Assembly (NCBI GenBank): GCA_050287085.1
Contig: JBNKBE010000004.1
Coordinates: 128,288-192,287 of the forward strand
Source: Polyangiaceae bacterium
GTDB taxonomy: Bacteria; Myxococcota_A; Polyangia; Polyangiales; Polyangiaceae
Length of the DNA: 64,000 nt
Direction: 5' to 3'
Shown: piece by piece, positions 49,845 through 60,918 of the stretch
Layout: every line of letters starts with the position of its first letter
Position numbering within the stretch: the first letter of the stretch is position 1
The notes under the pieces: generated by a model
Seen by the model: only the letters and a program-made list of their open reading frames with translations
The model's database searches: none
What the model was told of the DNA's origin: nothing
Program-made: the position numbers and the translations under genes

Positions 49845-51449
49845 CTAGCGGATAATGCCGTGTAGATAGGCCTTTCCAGTTGACTTGTCTTCGTAGGCGA
49901 CGCCTTCAAACGACTCCTTCTCTGAGCGAAGTATTACGTCTGCATAATCTCGAGAAATGGAATTGGACCACCAGAGCACCGAGCCTAAGCGGTGCCTAAA
50001 TTGCAGAGCCTCGACAAAAAACATGCGTTCTTCGATGCGAACGCTGGAGTGTTTCTTGAATTCACCGATGATTGCGAGCGCTGGAGTGAAAAGGCGCATG
50101 AGAGAGCCGAAGGTTGTGCCCCTGAGAGTCGATGGTATTTGTGTGCTCGTTGCAGTTTCCAAGAACGGTACGAGTTGACTCTGCTTCTCGGGGCAGTATG
50201 TGTCGACAAGCTGGAGCTTGCCAAAGCACTCGGCACCGATGTCAGCAGTGAGTTCACCGAACAATACGGATAGCTCTGCTGCTCCGGCTTTTAACTTGGT
50301 GAAGGCACTGGTAAGAGGCAATTGATGAGAGATGGGGAGGCACAATGCAGGCACTGTCAGTGTGACTCCGACGCAGGGGGCGGAGAGCTTTGTTTGCTCC
50401 AGCCGCGCACAAGCGACCGACCAGATATCAGCGGCTTGATATAGCGGGGCCAGGAGATCGAGCTCACTCGTCGTGACTGGCTCGAGGTTGTGAAAGCGGC
50501 AAAATGCAGGGTCAGAATGTAGTGTGATTCGTAACCTTTGGGCTGCAAGGCCCCGCCCTTGAAGACGCCGGGACATGCGTGCAGATAGGCCACGAAGAGC
50601 AAAGAGCAGTGGCTGATACTGAGCAATTGGCTCATCCCAATCGATGCGCTCTTGAAGTTGTGGCTGAGGTGTATGCCACTGAAGTGGCGCATCGTCGCGC
50701 CCTGACAATAGCTGCAAACAATGCTGTGCAGAGCTGTCCAAATGAAGTGCTAGCGCTTTGGATGGTAAGCGCATGAGCTGATGCCACGAATGAAAGCCGA
50801 GCCGAGTGAGTCGCTTCTTCGCAGATTCAGTCAGTGGCAACGCTTCGATTGGCAGTTTTCTGAAGTCAGCGGTAGTGATGGGGTCAGAGCATAGGTAGCC
50901 CGTCTCATGGGATGATTCTGGATGCCAGTAAGCCAAGGCAAACCCTAGATGAGGTCCGGGCGCAGTAGCGATGCGGACACGATGTCCCAAGGTCCTAAGA
51001 GTGGTGCAGATCTGCCTGCAGAGGAGCGCCTCGCCACCAAAAAGATGTGAGCGTCCGGTGATTTCAATCCAAATGCAGGGCTTGAAGGAACTGTTGCGCT
51101 TGGTCTCAGTAGGAGCGTTAAGTCGAGTTAGTGAGCAAGCAACCGATGATGAGAACTCAAGCAAACACTCACACAGGCTTTGCAAGGTCTGTTCGAGGAG
51201 ATGCCGAGGAAGAGAAAGAATCTCCAAGTTCGCAACGTAGGCTTTGGCTTCGATGATCTGCTGACCGGGCGATATACCCAAATCGGCGGCTTTTTTGTTA
51301 ACAGCAGCTATGTGCTGGGTCTGAAGCTCGTCCTCGATGATAGCGGCCCAGGGTTGGCTGTCATCATGACCTTGCTGTCGGAGGAGCTCATCGAATAGGT
51401 GCGGCAAGGCAACTGTCAGAATGCGTCGATGGCCCATCGGGAGCTCCAT
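49845..51449 (-). CDS. imuB: Inactive Y-family polymerase-like ImuB
   Basis: AVNKKAADLGISPGQ, HLFGGE, LPIEAL; no catalytic Asp in first strand; lies between imuA and dnaE2. Confidence 0.85.
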   Translation of the reverse strand: MELPMGHRRILTVALPHLFDELLRQQGHDDSQPWAAIIEDELQTQHIAAVNKKAADLGISPGQQIIEAKAYVANLEILSLPRHLLEQTLQSLCECLLEFSSSVACSLTRLNAPTETKRNSSFKPCIWIEITGRSHLFGGEALLCRQICTTLRTLGHRVRIATAPGPHLGFALAYWHPESSHETGYLCSDPITTADFRKLPIEALPLTESAKKRLTRLGFHSWHQLMRLPSKALALHLDSSAQHCLQLLSGRDDAPLQWHTPQPQLQERIDWDEPIAQYQPLLFALRGLSARMSRRLQGRGLAAQRLRITLHSDPAFCRFHNLEPVTTSELDLLAPLYQAADIWSVACARLEQTKLSAPCVGVTLTVPALCLPISHQLPLTSAFTKLKAGAAELSVLFGELTADIGAECFGKLQLVDTYCPEKQSQLVPFLETATSTQIPSTLRGTTFGSLMRLFTPALAIIGEFKKHSSVRIEERMFFVEALQFRHRLGSVLWWSNSISRDYADVILRSEKESFEGVAYEDKSTGKAYLHGIIR

Positions 51450-52267
51450 GGTTTGGAACTGACTGACTGTGAACGAGTAGAACTTATAGGGATTATTTGT
51501 GGCGCTCGCAGCCGTCCGCGCTTGTCCTTGGTGATTGCGATGGAGAGCTGTTGCTCGCTGTTTCCGATAACATTCGCGAGGTGCAGTCGCATTCCCACTG
51601 GGAGCGGCTGCGTGCGAGGGAAGGAATCATCGGTGAGCAGCAGCACAACCGTTTGATTGCCTTGAATCGCCAGCGAGATTTGGCGTGTTGCTCGGATCCA
51701 CTGCGAGAGCCCAGGCGAGAGATGGGAGCGCGGTGTTGCCTTGCTGCGGAGACTTGTTCTGGCGGGTGTATTTGAACGGCCAGCTATTGCTGACAACAAG
51801 TCGACCACAATGAGTGAGAAGATGTTGCTGCGGGCTAGTTTTACCGCAGTTCGCGCCAGTGAAGCGACCGGAGGACGGACGATCAACAGCTGATCTAAAG
51901 CGATCCCCATGGCCAATAGAGTGGGAGCAAATAGCTCACCCCGCGGGTCGACAAAAGCGCACACGGCTGAGGCCCCGGTTCTACAAGCCTGATGTTGAAC
52001 CTGGTAACAGGCGACCAGAGCGAGCCACGTACTCCATCCACTGAGTCCAATATGAGTCAGCTCTGTAAGTTGTCCGTGAGGTAACCCACCCTCAGGAAGG
52101 AAGCGATCAAGAGCCTCAATGCCTAGGCTTAGAGCTGTGGTGGTGCCCAGGCCTTCTTTTCCAAGGAGGGGCTTGCTGTGTTCGCTCTGCCATGTAGTTG
52201 CCAGCTGAATGAGCGAGGCAGTGCCCTGCACGCGAGCTGAATCAGAGCGCAATCCAGAAGGTGACAT
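51416..52267 (-). CDS. imuA: RecA-like ImuA
   Basis: GIEALDRFLPEGGLPHGQLTEL, AFVDPRGELFAP, LLIVRP, LIVVDL; degenerate Walker A. Confidence 0.85.
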   Translation of the reverse strand: MSPSGLRSDSARVQGTASLIQLATTWQSEHSKPLLGKEGLGTTTALSLGIEALDRFLPEGGLPHGQLTELTHIGLSGWSTWLALVACYQVQHQACRTGASAVCAFVDPRGELFAPTLLAMGIALDQLLIVRPPVASLARTAVKLARSNIFSLIVVDLLSAIAGRSNTPARTSLRSKATPRSHLSPGLSQWIRATRQISLAIQGNQTVVLLLTDDSFPRTQPLPVGMRLHLANVIGNSEQQLSIAITKDKRGRLRAPQIIPISSTRSQSVSSKPWSSRWAIDAF

Positions 52268-52317
52268 CTGAACATAATACCAGATACTGTTTATAAGAAC
52301 AGTATCTGGTATTATGT
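52268..52317. promoter_or_regulatory. LexA (SOS)-like boxes within a long palindrome upstream of imuA
   Basis: CTG-N10-CAG at 52268-52283 and CTGT-N8-ACAG at 52287-52302; perfect 20-bp arms 52272-52291 and 52298-52317. Confidence 0.75.
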
Positions 52318-52370
52318 GGCTGATTCCTTAAGTATTCAGTAGTTAACGAACATGCCTGGGCGCCGAGGGC

Positions 52371-53210
52371 ATGTTAGAACCATGTCTTATGGTTTCCCCC
52401 GCCCTCGGCCGTCTCCAATCCGCGATCCGTCGACTGGATTCGGTCTTGGTGTGCTTTTCAGGCGGGATCGATAGCGCTCTCGTGTCGGCTATTGCGCATC
52501 GCCAACTGGGTGAGCGAGCCGTCGCGTTGACCGCATTGAGTCCGAGTTTGGCGCCGGTAGACCGTCTGGACGCGGAGCGTACGGCCCGCGCCTTGGGGAT
52601 CCAACACGTGCTCAGGGACTCCCACGAGCTCAGCCGTCCAGGGTATGTCAAGAACGGCTCCGACCGCTGTTATCACTGCAAAAGTGAGCTCTACACTATT
52701 GCAGAACGTGAACGTCGTGCCCTGGGACTAGCTCACATCGCCAACGGCTCGAATCTTGACGATCTTGGCGACTACCGTCCAGGTCTAAAAGCTGCCAGCG
52801 AGGCCGGCGTAGAAAGCCCTCTCATCACCGCTCGACTCACCAAAGCGGACGTGCGCGCCGTGGCCCGCGAGATCGGTCTGGAACTCTGGTCCAAGCCTGC
52901 CGGGGCTTGCCTCGCCAGTCGTCTACCCTATGGCAGCGAGGTGCAACCCGAGCGCTTGGCTCAGATCGCAACCTTCGAAGCGGCCCTCCGCGAACTCGGC
53001 TTCCCTCTGGTTCGGGTTCGGTGGCATGACACCGTCGCCCGAATCGAAGTTCCTTCTGAAGATCTGTTGCGCTTGTGCACAATGAGCGAGCGCGCACAAG
53101 CCTTGGGACGCGCTTCAGGATTTCACTTCATCACCGTCGACCTGGGGGGATACCGCCGAGGTTCGCTCAACGAGCTGCTGGAGGGTCGCCGCCTTCGCAT
53201 TGTCTCCTGA
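52371..53210 (+). CDS. larE: ATP-dependent sacrificial sulfur transferase LarE family
   Basis: FSGGIDS PP-loop, RCYHCK, DDLGDYRPG, ACLASRLPYG, RVRWH. Confidence 0.9.
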   Translation: MLEPCLMVSPALGRLQSAIRRLDSVLVCFSGGIDSALVSAIAHRQLGERAVALTALSPSLAPVDRLDAERTARALGIQHVLRDSHELSRPGYVKNGSDRCYHCKSELYTIAERERRALGLAHIANGSNLDDLGDYRPGLKAASEAGVESPLITARLTKADVRAVAREIGLELWSKPAGACLASRLPYGSEVQPERLAQIATFEAALRELGFPLVRVRWHDTVARIEVPSEDLLRLCTMSERAQALGRASGFHFITVDLGGYRRGSLNELLEGRRLRIVS

Positions 53211-53233
53211 CGCTTCTGCGGGCCCCAGATGCC

Positions 53234-53263
53234 CCCTGGGGTAGGTTTCCCCTCCCCCCAGGG
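53234..53263. terminator. Hairpin between convergent larE and pnp
   Basis: ccctgggg...ccccaggg inverted repeat. Confidence 0.4.
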
Positions 53264-53396
53264 CAGAAGCCCCACGCTCACGCCCTGGCGCGCCTCAGAC
53301 CGTCTCCGCACGCAGCTCAGCAGCCCGGGGTGGCGTGAAACGCAAGAAGCGCCCAGAGCCGTTGCTCCAGACGCTTCCCAGGCGGCTTGCGTTGCC

Positions 53397-55613
53397 CTAT
53401 TCGGAGCGAGGGGTACGCGAACGAGGCGGGCGACGTCGGCCGCCTCCATCGCGATCACGACGCGGGCCCGCCGCCCCATCGCGCCGAGGGGGGCGTTCAG
53501 CAGGGCGTTCCTCCATACCTTCCGGCACCGGCAGCAACGCGCGACGGCTGAGGCGGATCTTCCCGTCGCGTTCGACGCTCAGCACCTTGACCTCGATCTC
53601 GTCGCCCTCTTGCAATACGGCGCCCACGTCCTCAGTTCGCTCGTGTGCGATCTCAGATACGTGGAGCAGTGCCTCCGTGTTCGGCAAGATCTCGACAAAC
53701 GCACCGAAGTCGACGACGCGCTTGACGACGCCCTGGTAGACCTTATCGACCTCCGGCTCCTCGAGCAGTCCTTCGATGATCTTGACGGCCCGCGCCACGG
53801 CTTCTGAGTCTGCTGACGCCACCGCGACCGTTCCGTCATCTTCGATATTGATCGAACAACCTGTCTGCTCGGTAATCCCCTTGATGGTCTTGCCGCCAGA
53901 GCCGATGATGATTCGGATTTGCTCCGGCTTAACCTTGAGGCTGGTGATGCGCGGGGCCCAACGGCTCAACTCCGGACGATGGCTCGGAAGCGTTGCGAGC
54001 ATTCGGTCGAGGATGTGTGCACGTCCGTCACGCGCTTGAGACAAGGCTTCTTCCATCAGCGAGCGAGGAAGACCCTTGATCTTGATGTCCATCTGGATCG
54101 CTGTGATCCCCTTCGCGGTGCCGCACACCTTGAAGTCCATGTCCCCCAGGTGGTCCTCGTCGCCGAGAATGTCGCTAAGAATGGCGTAGCGCTCCCCTTC
54201 TTTGATCATGCCCATCGCGATCCCAGCCACGGGCGCCTGTATGGGAACACCGCAGTCCATCATCGCCAGGGTGCCGCCACATACCGATGCCATCGAGCTT
54301 GAACCGTTCGATTCGAGCACCTCGCTCACGAGCCGCAAGGTGTAGGGAAAGTCTTGATGCTTGGGAATGATCCGCGCCAGAGCTCGCTCCGCCAGGGCCC
54401 CATGCCCGATTTCACGCCGCGCAGGTCCGCGCATCGGCTTGGTCTCGCCGGTGCAGAAGGGAGGGAAGTTGTAGTGGAGCATGAAGCGCTTCCACGTTTC
54501 TCCGGTCAGACCATCGATCTTCTGCTCGTCGGTGGCGGTACCGAGAGTACAGGTGGCGATCGCCTGAGTTTCTCCGCGTTGGAACAAGGCCGAGCCATGG
54601 GTGCGCGGCAGCAATCCCGGTTCGCAGCTGATCGGGCGGATCGTCCTGGAGTCCCGTCCGTCGATACGGCTGCCGGTCTCCAGCACCATGTTTCGAACCA
54701 CGTCGTACTTACGATGTTCAAACTCATCCTTGATGAGCTTCTCGTTCTCCGACCAGACGGCGTCATCGAGCTCGGAGCGCAAAGTCTCAACCAGCTTGGT
54801 CTTGATGGCACCGTACGCTTCATAACGAGCGTGTTTGGCGCGCACCACACAAGCCTTGGCAATGTCGGCATCGACCACTGCTTTGACCCGTTCTGCCAGC
54901 TCAGGCGAGAGGGCTGGCACGGAGAACTCGCGCTTCTCCTTGCCCACGGCTTTGCGCAGCTTATCAATCAGCTCAAGGATCGGCTGCGCCTGTTGGTGAG
55001 CGAACTCCAAAGCGTCGATGACGTCGGTTTCGCTGGCCTCCGCCGCTCCGCCTTCAACCATGATGATCGCGTCTTTGCTAGCCGCGACCGTGATATCGAG
55101 ATCTGCAGTCTCGAGTTCCTTGAATGTCGGATAGGCCACGAAACGCCCGTCGACTCGGCCAACACGTACACCGACCACAGGGCCATCCCACGGGATGTCC
55201 GAGATGTGTAACGCGGCGCTCGCGCCGATCAAGGCCAACACGTCGGTTGGGTTTTCCTGATCGCTGCTCATCACCGTAGCGATGATCTGAGTGTCCTTGC
55301 GGTAGCCCTTTGGAAACAGCGGACGGAGAGGACGGTCCATCAGTCTGGCCGTGAGCGTCTCGTTCTCCCTTAGGCGCCCTTCTCGCTTGAAGAAGCCGCC
55401 TGGGATGCGCCCGGCGGCGTAGGTCTTCTCGACGTATTCACACGTCATGGGGAAGAAATCGAGACCGGGGCGCTCGCTGGTCGAAACAGCGGTCACCAGC
55501 ACGACACTTTCGCCGTACGTAACCAACACGGCGCCGTCGGCCTGCTTTGCCAAACGGCCAGTCTCCAAGGTGAGCGGTCGACCGCCGACCTTGACGGATT
55601 CTCTAACAAACAT
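53397..55613 (-). CDS. pnp: Polyribonucleotide nucleotidyltransferase
   Basis: [37 protein letters not shown] and S1 domains. Confidence 0.98.
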   Translation of the reverse strand: MFVRESVKVGGRPLTLETGRLAKQADGAVLVTYGESVVLVTAVSTSERPGLDFFPMTCEYVEKTYAAGRIPGGFFKREGRLRENETLTARLMDRPLRPLFPKGYRKDTQIIATVMSSDQENPTDVLALIGASAALHISDIPWDGPVVGVRVGRVDGRFVAYPTFKELETADLDITVAASKDAIIMVEGGAAEASETDVIDALEFAHQQAQPILELIDKLRKAVGKEKREFSVPALSPELAERVKAVVDADIAKACVVRAKHARYEAYGAIKTKLVETLRSELDDAVWSENEKLIKDEFEHRKYDVVRNMVLETGSRIDGRDSRTIRPISCEPGLLPRTHGSALFQRGETQAIATCTLGTATDEQKIDGLTGETWKRFMLHYNFPPFCTGETKPMRGPARREIGHGALAERALARIIPKHQDFPYTLRLVSEVLESNGSSSMASVCGGTLAMMDCGVPIQAPVAGIAMGMIKEGERYAILSDILGDEDHLGDMDFKVCGTAKGITAIQMDIKIKGLPRSLMEEALSQARDGRAHILDRMLATLPSHRPELSRWAPRITSLKVKPEQIRIIIGSGGKTIKGITEQTGCSINIEDDGTVAVASADSEAVARAVKIIEGLLEEPEVDKVYQGVVKRVVDFGAFVEILPNTEALLHVSEIAHERTEDVGAVLQEGDEIEVKVLSVERDGKIRLSRRALLPVPEGMEERPAERPPRRDGAAGPRRDRDGGGRRRPPRSRTPRSE

Positions 55614-55793
55614 GCTATCGCGCTCCTGCGCATGCCGCTGCGTGCGGCCAGACGCTGACGACGGCGCGTATCGCTTCAGCCTCGGTTCTTGAGCACTACC
55701 GCATTGGGGTGACGCCCACGAATCGAAGTTGAAGAACCAATTCGGGCCGAGTCAGATGATTGTCGAACTTCGAGTTGTCCTGCGATGGAAAGC

Positions 55794-55822
55794 AAAACGC
55801 CCGACCCCGTGGGGCCGGGCGT
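55794..55822 (-). terminator. Intrinsic terminator after rpsO
   Basis: Minus strand ACGCCCGGCCCC-AC-GGGGTCGGGCG-TTTT. Confidence 0.7.
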
Positions 55823-55829
55823 CGAGAGC

Positions 55830-56099
55830 CTAGCGGCGGAGTCCTAGCGTGGCCACCAATTTGCGATAGCGACCTAGGTCCGTGCGCTTGATGTAGTCGA
55901 GCAGCCGACGACGTTGGCTGACCAGCTTGAGCAAACCTCGACGCGAGTGGTGGTCCTTCTTGTGCGTCTTGAAGTGCTCGGTGAGGTGGACGATGCGCTG
56001 CGTGAGCAGTGCGACCTGCACCTCGGTCGAACCGGTGTCTTTGTCGTGTAGCTTGTGCTGCGCAATGGTTTCTGCGCGTTCTTGAGTTCCGATTGGCAT
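55830..56099 (-). CDS. rpsO: 30S ribosomal protein S15
   Basis: [24 protein letters not shown], 89 aa from ATG 56099. Confidence 0.97.
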   Translation of the reverse strand: MPIGTQERAETIAQHKLHDKDTGSTEVQVALLTQRIVHLTEHFKTHKKDHHSRRGLLKLVSQRRRLLDYIKRTDLGRYRKLVATLGLRR

Positions 56100-56313
56100 A
56101 GGTTCCCTTTGCGGGTTGCTGGTTTGAGGAAGCAGCAACTTACCCGCACGTGCGACTCCCAGAGTTGCTGGTCGCTTTGGGACGCGGAAAACAGCGCCAA
56201 AAAGGACGACCCTGCTGGGACTTGCGTGAGGGCAAGGAGTGGGGCGAGCTTCTAACCGGGAACCCCGGAGAGGGCAAGGTCGCGGGCTCACCCTGGGCGA
56301 ACCTTGAGCCAGT

Positions 56314-58110
56314 CTAGTCGTCAGCCGGGCGACCGGATGAGAGTCTGCCGCGGTGCTGAAGTCGCGACTCCACGGCTTCGGCGCTGGATAGTGACAACGC
56401 TTCTGCCGCGAGCGCGCGAGCTTCCGCGCTCGAAACCGCCCGGAGGGCTTTGCGAACCCGTCCCAAAGCTTGGGCCTCGACGCTGAGACTGTCGAAACCC
56501 AAGCCGAGAAGCAACACGGCCATGGCTGGATCACTCGCACTCGCGCCACACACCGAAACAGGCGTCTTGCTGGCAGTTGCGGCCTCTGCGATCAGCTTCA
56601 GCAAGCGCAATACCGCCGGGTCGAGGGGGCTGGCGAGATGGGCCACCTCCGATGAGCCGCGATCGGCGGCCATCGTGTATTGCACTAGGTCGTTGGTTCC
56701 GACGCTGAAGAAGTCAGCGACGGTTGCGAGATGATCCGCCGTCAAGGCGGCGGCGGGCACCTCCAGCATGCATCCCAAGGGGACCGCCGCATGAGCCGCG
56801 TCGGGAGTGTTGCCTTCGCTGACGAGCTCGTCGCGGGCCGCTTCAAACAGGCTTCGCGCGGCCCTCATCTCAGCGACCGTGGTCACCATTGGAACCATGA
56901 TCCGCATCGCCCCAAACGCGGCAGCTCGCAATAGAGCTCGGAATTGGATCCGGAGTTGAGCGGGCTGTGCCAGCGATAGTCGTAGCGCCCGAAGGCCGAG
57001 CGCCGGATTGGATTGGCGGGGCATGGAGACGACTCCGCCGAACTTGTCTCCCCCTATGTCGAAGGTCCGAAATGTGACGGGACGTCCGCCCGTGCTCTGC
57101 ACCACATCTCGATACACCCGAAACTGTTCCTCCTCACTCGGGAACGCGGTCCCCCGACTCAAGAGGAACTCGGTGCGGTAGAGCCCTATCCCCGCTGCGC
57201 CGGCGCGGAGCGCCGCCCCCACCTCAAACGGAAACTCGATGTTTGCAGCCAGCTCAAACGGGACCTTATCTAACGTGAGGCAAGGGCTCGGGACGAGCGC
57301 TTCTTGCCCCGGGGTTTCAGGGGCGACGCTGTCAGCCAGGTGGAGCGCCTGATGATCGGGAGAGAATACGACCCAGCCGCGGGTTCCATCGACCACGGCC
57401 AATGAGTGTCCGCGGGCCGCTGCCAATGCCCCGGAGCAACCGACAACCGCCGGGATCCCAAGGGCGCGGGCCAGGATTGCCACGTGTGATGTTCTGGTTC
57501 CCGCTTCGGTCACAATGGCTAGAATTTGCTCGGGAGCAAGCTCGGCCGCCTCCGCCGGGCTCAGTTCCTGGGCGACCAATACACACGGGTGTGGAGGGGG
57601 CTGCAGAGCGCGGGCGTGCCTGCGTTCCTTCCCCGGCAGCGCTTCCAGCAGCAGCGTGGCCACGAATCGAATGTCGTGCCCGCGTTCGCGCAGATAGGGA
57701 TCGGGCGTGCTTTCCAGCTGTCGCGCCAGGCCATCCGTTGCGTCTTCAATGGCCCACTCCAGACACTTCGCTTGCGCTCGAATCCGTGTCGCTACCTCGC
57801 TTTCGAGGACGGAATCCTTCAGCATCAGTAGGTAGGCATCGAGTATCGACAGCTCGGCTCGCGCGCCACGGGAGGCCGCCTGCTTCCGCACCACTGTGAG
57901 CTTTTCGCTCGCTTGCTCCACGGCCCCCGCGTATCGCTCCAGCTCGAGCGCTACGTCCTGTGGACGGATCGTCCGCTCGAGACGGGCCACCGGTGGACTC
58001 TCCAGGAGCCAAAGCGGTCCGACCCGCACGCCCTCCGACGCAGCTCGGCCCTCAAGGCGCCGGGCCGATGCCGTCGCCCCCCCCGTCTCGCTAGGTGTGT
58101 CCGATGCCAT
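56314..58110 (-). CDS. ptsI: PEP-protein phosphotransferase (PTS enzyme I)
   Basis: [44 protein letters not shown]; no GAF domain. Confidence 0.95.
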   Translation of the reverse strand: MASDTPSETGGATASARRLEGRAASEGVRVGPLWLLESPPVARLERTIRPQDVALELERYAGAVEQASEKLTVVRKQAASRGARAELSILDAYLLMLKDSVLESEVATRIRAQAKCLEWAIEDATDGLARQLESTPDPYLRERGHDIRFVATLLLEALPGKERRHARALQPPPHPCVLVAQELSPAEAAELAPEQILAIVTEAGTRTSHVAILARALGIPAVVGCSGALAAARGHSLAVVDGTRGWVVFSPDHQALHLADSVAPETPGQEALVPSPCLTLDKVPFELAANIEFPFEVGAALRAGAAGIGLYRTEFLLSRGTAFPSEEEQFRVYRDVVQSTGGRPVTFRTFDIGGDKFGGVVSMPRQSNPALGLRALRLSLAQPAQLRIQFRALLRAAAFGAMRIMVPMVTTVAEMRAARSLFEAARDELVSEGNTPDAAHAAVPLGCMLEVPAAALTADHLATVADFFSVGTNDLVQYTMAADRGSSEVAHLASPLDPAVLRLLKLIAEAATASKTPVSVCGASASDPAMAVLLLGLGFDSLSVEAQALGRVRKALRAVSSAEARALAAEALSLSSAEAVESRLQHRGRLSSGRPADD

Positions 58111-58119
58111 CTTGCCTCG

Positions 58120-58392
58120 TCAGACGTCTTCTCCAAACTTGTCGGAAAATAAGGCTCCGATGCGCGCGAGTGCCTGTTCGGCGTCGGGGCCATCTGCGAC
58201 GAAGTGTACCTGACAGCCCTTTGAACCGCAGAGCAGGAGTACCCCCATCACGCTCTTGGCGTTGGCGACTTGCTCCCCTCGACGGGCTTCGATCTCGGAG
58301 GCGAAAGAAGAGGCTAGCTGAACCAACTTGGACGCTGCTCGGGCGTGCAGACCGCGTTCGTTGACCACTTCGAATGTGTCTTCTACCCGCAA
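58120..58392 (-). CDS. ptsH: HPr phosphocarrier
   Basis: GLHARAA (His15), NAKSVMG (Ser46). Confidence 0.95.
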   Translation of the reverse strand: MRVEDTFEVVNERGLHARAASKLVQLASSFASEIEARRGEQVANAKSVMGVLLLCGSKGCQVHFVADGPDAEQALARIGALFSDKFGEDV

Positions 58393-58425
58393 AGGAATGC
58401 CTTTCTGGTTGGCGTTGGCGCTGCG

Positions 58426-59370
58426 TCAGAGGGAATTGGGGCGGAGCGTGTTGCTCCCACGGTGAATGTCGCGGTGCACGACGTCGAGTTCAAGCGCCAG
58501 CATGGTCCGGATCTTAGCTGCCACCCGCTCTGCTATCGCGACGGAACGATGCCTTCCTCCGGTACACCCGAAGCCCACGGTGAAGTAGCTTTTCCCTTCT
58601 TGCTGGTAGCGTGGAATCAAGAAGAGTAGCAGCTCCTCAACGGTGTGACAGAAGGTTTCGGCATCGCCTTGTTCACCCACGAAGCGCTGGATCTCCGCGT
58701 CGAGTCCGGTGAGCGATCTGAGCTCTGGGACGAAGTAGGGATTGTTCAAGAAGCGAACGTCAAACAGCGTGTCGCAGCCTGCCGCGGCGCCATACTTGAA
58801 GCCAAAAGAAACGAATCGAACCACGAGACTGCGTTTGGGGCCGCTGCGTGGCTTGAAGAGTCGCAGCACTTCGCGGCGAAGCTCGTGCACGCTCATCTCC
58901 GTGGAGTCGAGGACGACTCCGGCCTGGGCTCGCAGCGAGATCAGTCGTTCGCGTTCTAGCTGGATCCCGTCACCAATGCTCAATGAGGGTTCTGGTGTAC
59001 CATCCGCCTTGGTTGACAACACGCGCAGTGGATGCGGACGCCGGGTACTCCCAAAGCGGGTGGCGAGTGCCGTATCCGACGCGTCCAGGAATAGCAATGT
59101 GGTGCGATAGCGGTCAGGGGTGTGCGTGAGGGCGGAGGTCACATCCTTCAAGAAGGGCCCCACCCGAACGTCGATTCCAAACGCTACGAAGGCGAGTCCG
59201 TCTTGGGTACAGGCCTCCAAGGCGGCCGCAAAGGCTCGCGGCGGCAAGTTGTCAATGCAGTAGAAGCCGAGGTCTTCGAGAGCATGTAGCGCGGTCGAGC
59301 GCCCCGCCCCGCTCATGCCCGTGACGACTACCAGCTCCGCTTCACGGGCGCCAGTCTGTGCGGGGCTCAT
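58426..59370 (-). CDS. rapZ: RNase adapter RapZ
   Basis: TGMSGAGRS, IDNLP, RRPHPL, SFGFKYG, DVRFLNNP, GCTGGRHRSV. Confidence 0.95.
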   Translation of the reverse strand: MSPAQTGAREAELVVVTGMSGAGRSTALHALEDLGFYCIDNLPPRAFAAALEACTQDGLAFVAFGIDVRVGPFLKDVTSALTHTPDRYRTTLLFLDASDTALATRFGSTRRPHPLRVLSTKADGTPEPSLSIGDGIQLERERLISLRAQAGVVLDSTEMSVHELRREVLRLFKPRSGPKRSLVVRFVSFGFKYGAAAGCDTLFDVRFLNNPYFVPELRSLTGLDAEIQRFVGEQGDAETFCHTVEELLLFLIPRYQQEGKSYFTVGFGCTGGRHRSVAIAERVAAKIRTMLALELDVVHRDIHRGSNTLRPNSL

Positions 59371-60458
59371 GTATTGTTGCCCTTCTTCTTGACCGGCGCG
59401 GGAATGCTGCTTTCCAATACGGAACGTGCGGGAGCGTGGCTATCGCGCGGCGATAAGGGGGCCCGAGGAGGCTGAGTCGAAGGTGTTGCAAGGCGACTCG
59501 CCGATTCGACCCGCTCCAAGAAAGCGCGCGTTGCGTCCCTGCCCGCCTGACGCAGCAGTTCATTGCGCGCCGCGATTTCGATGATGGCGCTGGCATTGCG
59601 CCCCGGACGGACCGGGATGAGGACCTCCCGAATGGGTACGCCCAGAATCTCATAGGTGCCTTCACCCGGTCCCAGACGGTCAAGCCGGCTTTCGTCGATG
59701 TCCTCCTGCAAACGAACCACCAAATCGATGCGTTTGCGCTCGCGGATAGCCGTGACGCCGTACAGATCTTTGATGTCGAGAATGCCGAGCCCGCGCACCT
59801 CGATGTGGTGTCGCAACAGTTCAGCGGGCTCCGCGAAGACCATGCCTGGCGGGCGGTAGTCGCATTCCACGACGTCGTCGGCCACCAGCTTGTGCCCGCG
59901 CATGACCAATTCAAGAGCGGTCTCGCTTTTACCGATGCCGCTGCGTCCGAGGAGCAACACGCCCACCTCGAAGACGTCGACCAATACCGCGTGAATGCGG
60001 GTGCGGGGCGCGAGAAGCTCGTCCAACAAGGTGTGAATCGCTGTGATGGCCACACTGGAGCGTTGCCGGCAGACGAGGGTGGGCGTGTCCGTGCGCTCGG
60101 CTTCGCTTATGAAGTCGTCGGGGGGCTCCGCGCCGCGGGTGATGATCACACACGCTAGACCGAGCGAAAACAGATCTCGCGCGGCCTGGCGTCGCCGCTC
60201 CTCGGGCAAGGCCTCAACGAATGTGAGCTCGGTTTCGCCGAGAATCTGAATCCGCGTCGGCACGAGTCCGTGCATGTGGCCCACCATGGCCAGCCCTGAC
60301 TTCTGGATGCGCGGATGGTCGATCTCGCGAGTGAGGCCCCCCTTGCCGGCAAGCAAGCGAACCTCTAGCTGCAGTCTGGGATCTTCGATCAGGTCACCCA
60401 CACTGATCGTCAGCTTGTGGGTGGGGCGCGGGTCGAAGAGGCTATTGACCTGACCCAT
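59367..60458 (-). CDS. hprK: HPr(Ser) kinase/phosphorylase
   Basis: GRSGIGKSETALEL, LVADD, EVRGLGI, PVRPGRN. Confidence 0.96.
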   Translation of the reverse strand: MGQVNSLFDPRPTHKLTISVGDLIEDPRLQLEVRLLAGKGGLTREIDHPRIQKSGLAMVGHMHGLVPTRIQILGETELTFVEALPEERRRQAARDLFSLGLACVIITRGAEPPDDFISEAERTDTPTLVCRQRSSVAITAIHTLLDELLAPRTRIHAVLVDVFEVGVLLLGRSGIGKSETALELVMRGHKLVADDVVECDYRPPGMVFAEPAELLRHHIEVRGLGILDIKDLYGVTAIRERKRIDLVVRLQEDIDESRLDRLGPGEGTYEILGVPIREVLIPVRPGRNASAIIEIAARNELLRQAGRDATRAFLERVESASRLATPSTQPPRAPLSPRDSHAPARSVLESSIPAPVKKKGNNT

Positions 60459-60918
60459 CGGATTCTCCCTGCTCGACTAGCTTGAAGAGTTCTTGCGCTG
60501 TGCTTGACGCGAAGAGGGCCCGCCGAGTGTTTGGATCGTGGAGCAGACGACTGACGCGGGCGAGCAACTTGAGGTGCTCTCCGCCGGCCCTTTCCGGACC
60601 GACGACGCCAAAGAAGAGATAGGCCGGTTCGCCATCGATGGCGCCGAACTCAACCCCGCTTCGACTCAGAACCAGCGCCGCGAGCTGTCGTCCGACGCCG
60701 GGAAGCCCAGTGTGGGGGATCGCGATGCCGTGCCCGATTCCAGTGGAGCGCAGCCGCTCCCGCTCGAGCAGGCCCTCGAATACCGTGGTTGCACTCTGCT
60801 GTACGGCCGGCGCAAGCAGGTCTGCAACGGCGCGCAACACACCCTCGCGTGTTGACGGCACCGCCACGTCATCCAGGACCCGGATCCGATCAGGGCTCAG
60901 GGTTTCGACCACACGCAT
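60442..60918 (-). CDS. ptsN: PTS EIIA(Ntr)-like protein
   Basis: RERLRSTGIGHGIAIPH, FGAIDGEP, HLKLLA. Confidence 0.92.
   Translation of the reverse strand: MRVVETLSPDRIRVLDDVAVPSTREGVLRAVADLLAPAVQQSATTVFEGLLERERLRSTGIGHGIAIPHTGLPGVGRQLAALVLSRSGVEFGAIDGEPAYLFFGVVGPERAGGEHLKLLARVSRLLHDPNTRRALFASSTAQELFKLVEQGESDGSGQ

Noticed and set aside
46440..52370. Prophage or integrative element at tRNA-Glu
   Set aside because: No integrase or transposase, and I could not find a duplicated tRNA 3' end at the far boundary.
56100..56313. S15 autoregulatory leader
   Set aside because: Plausible by position, but I cannot support a specific structure from the sequence.
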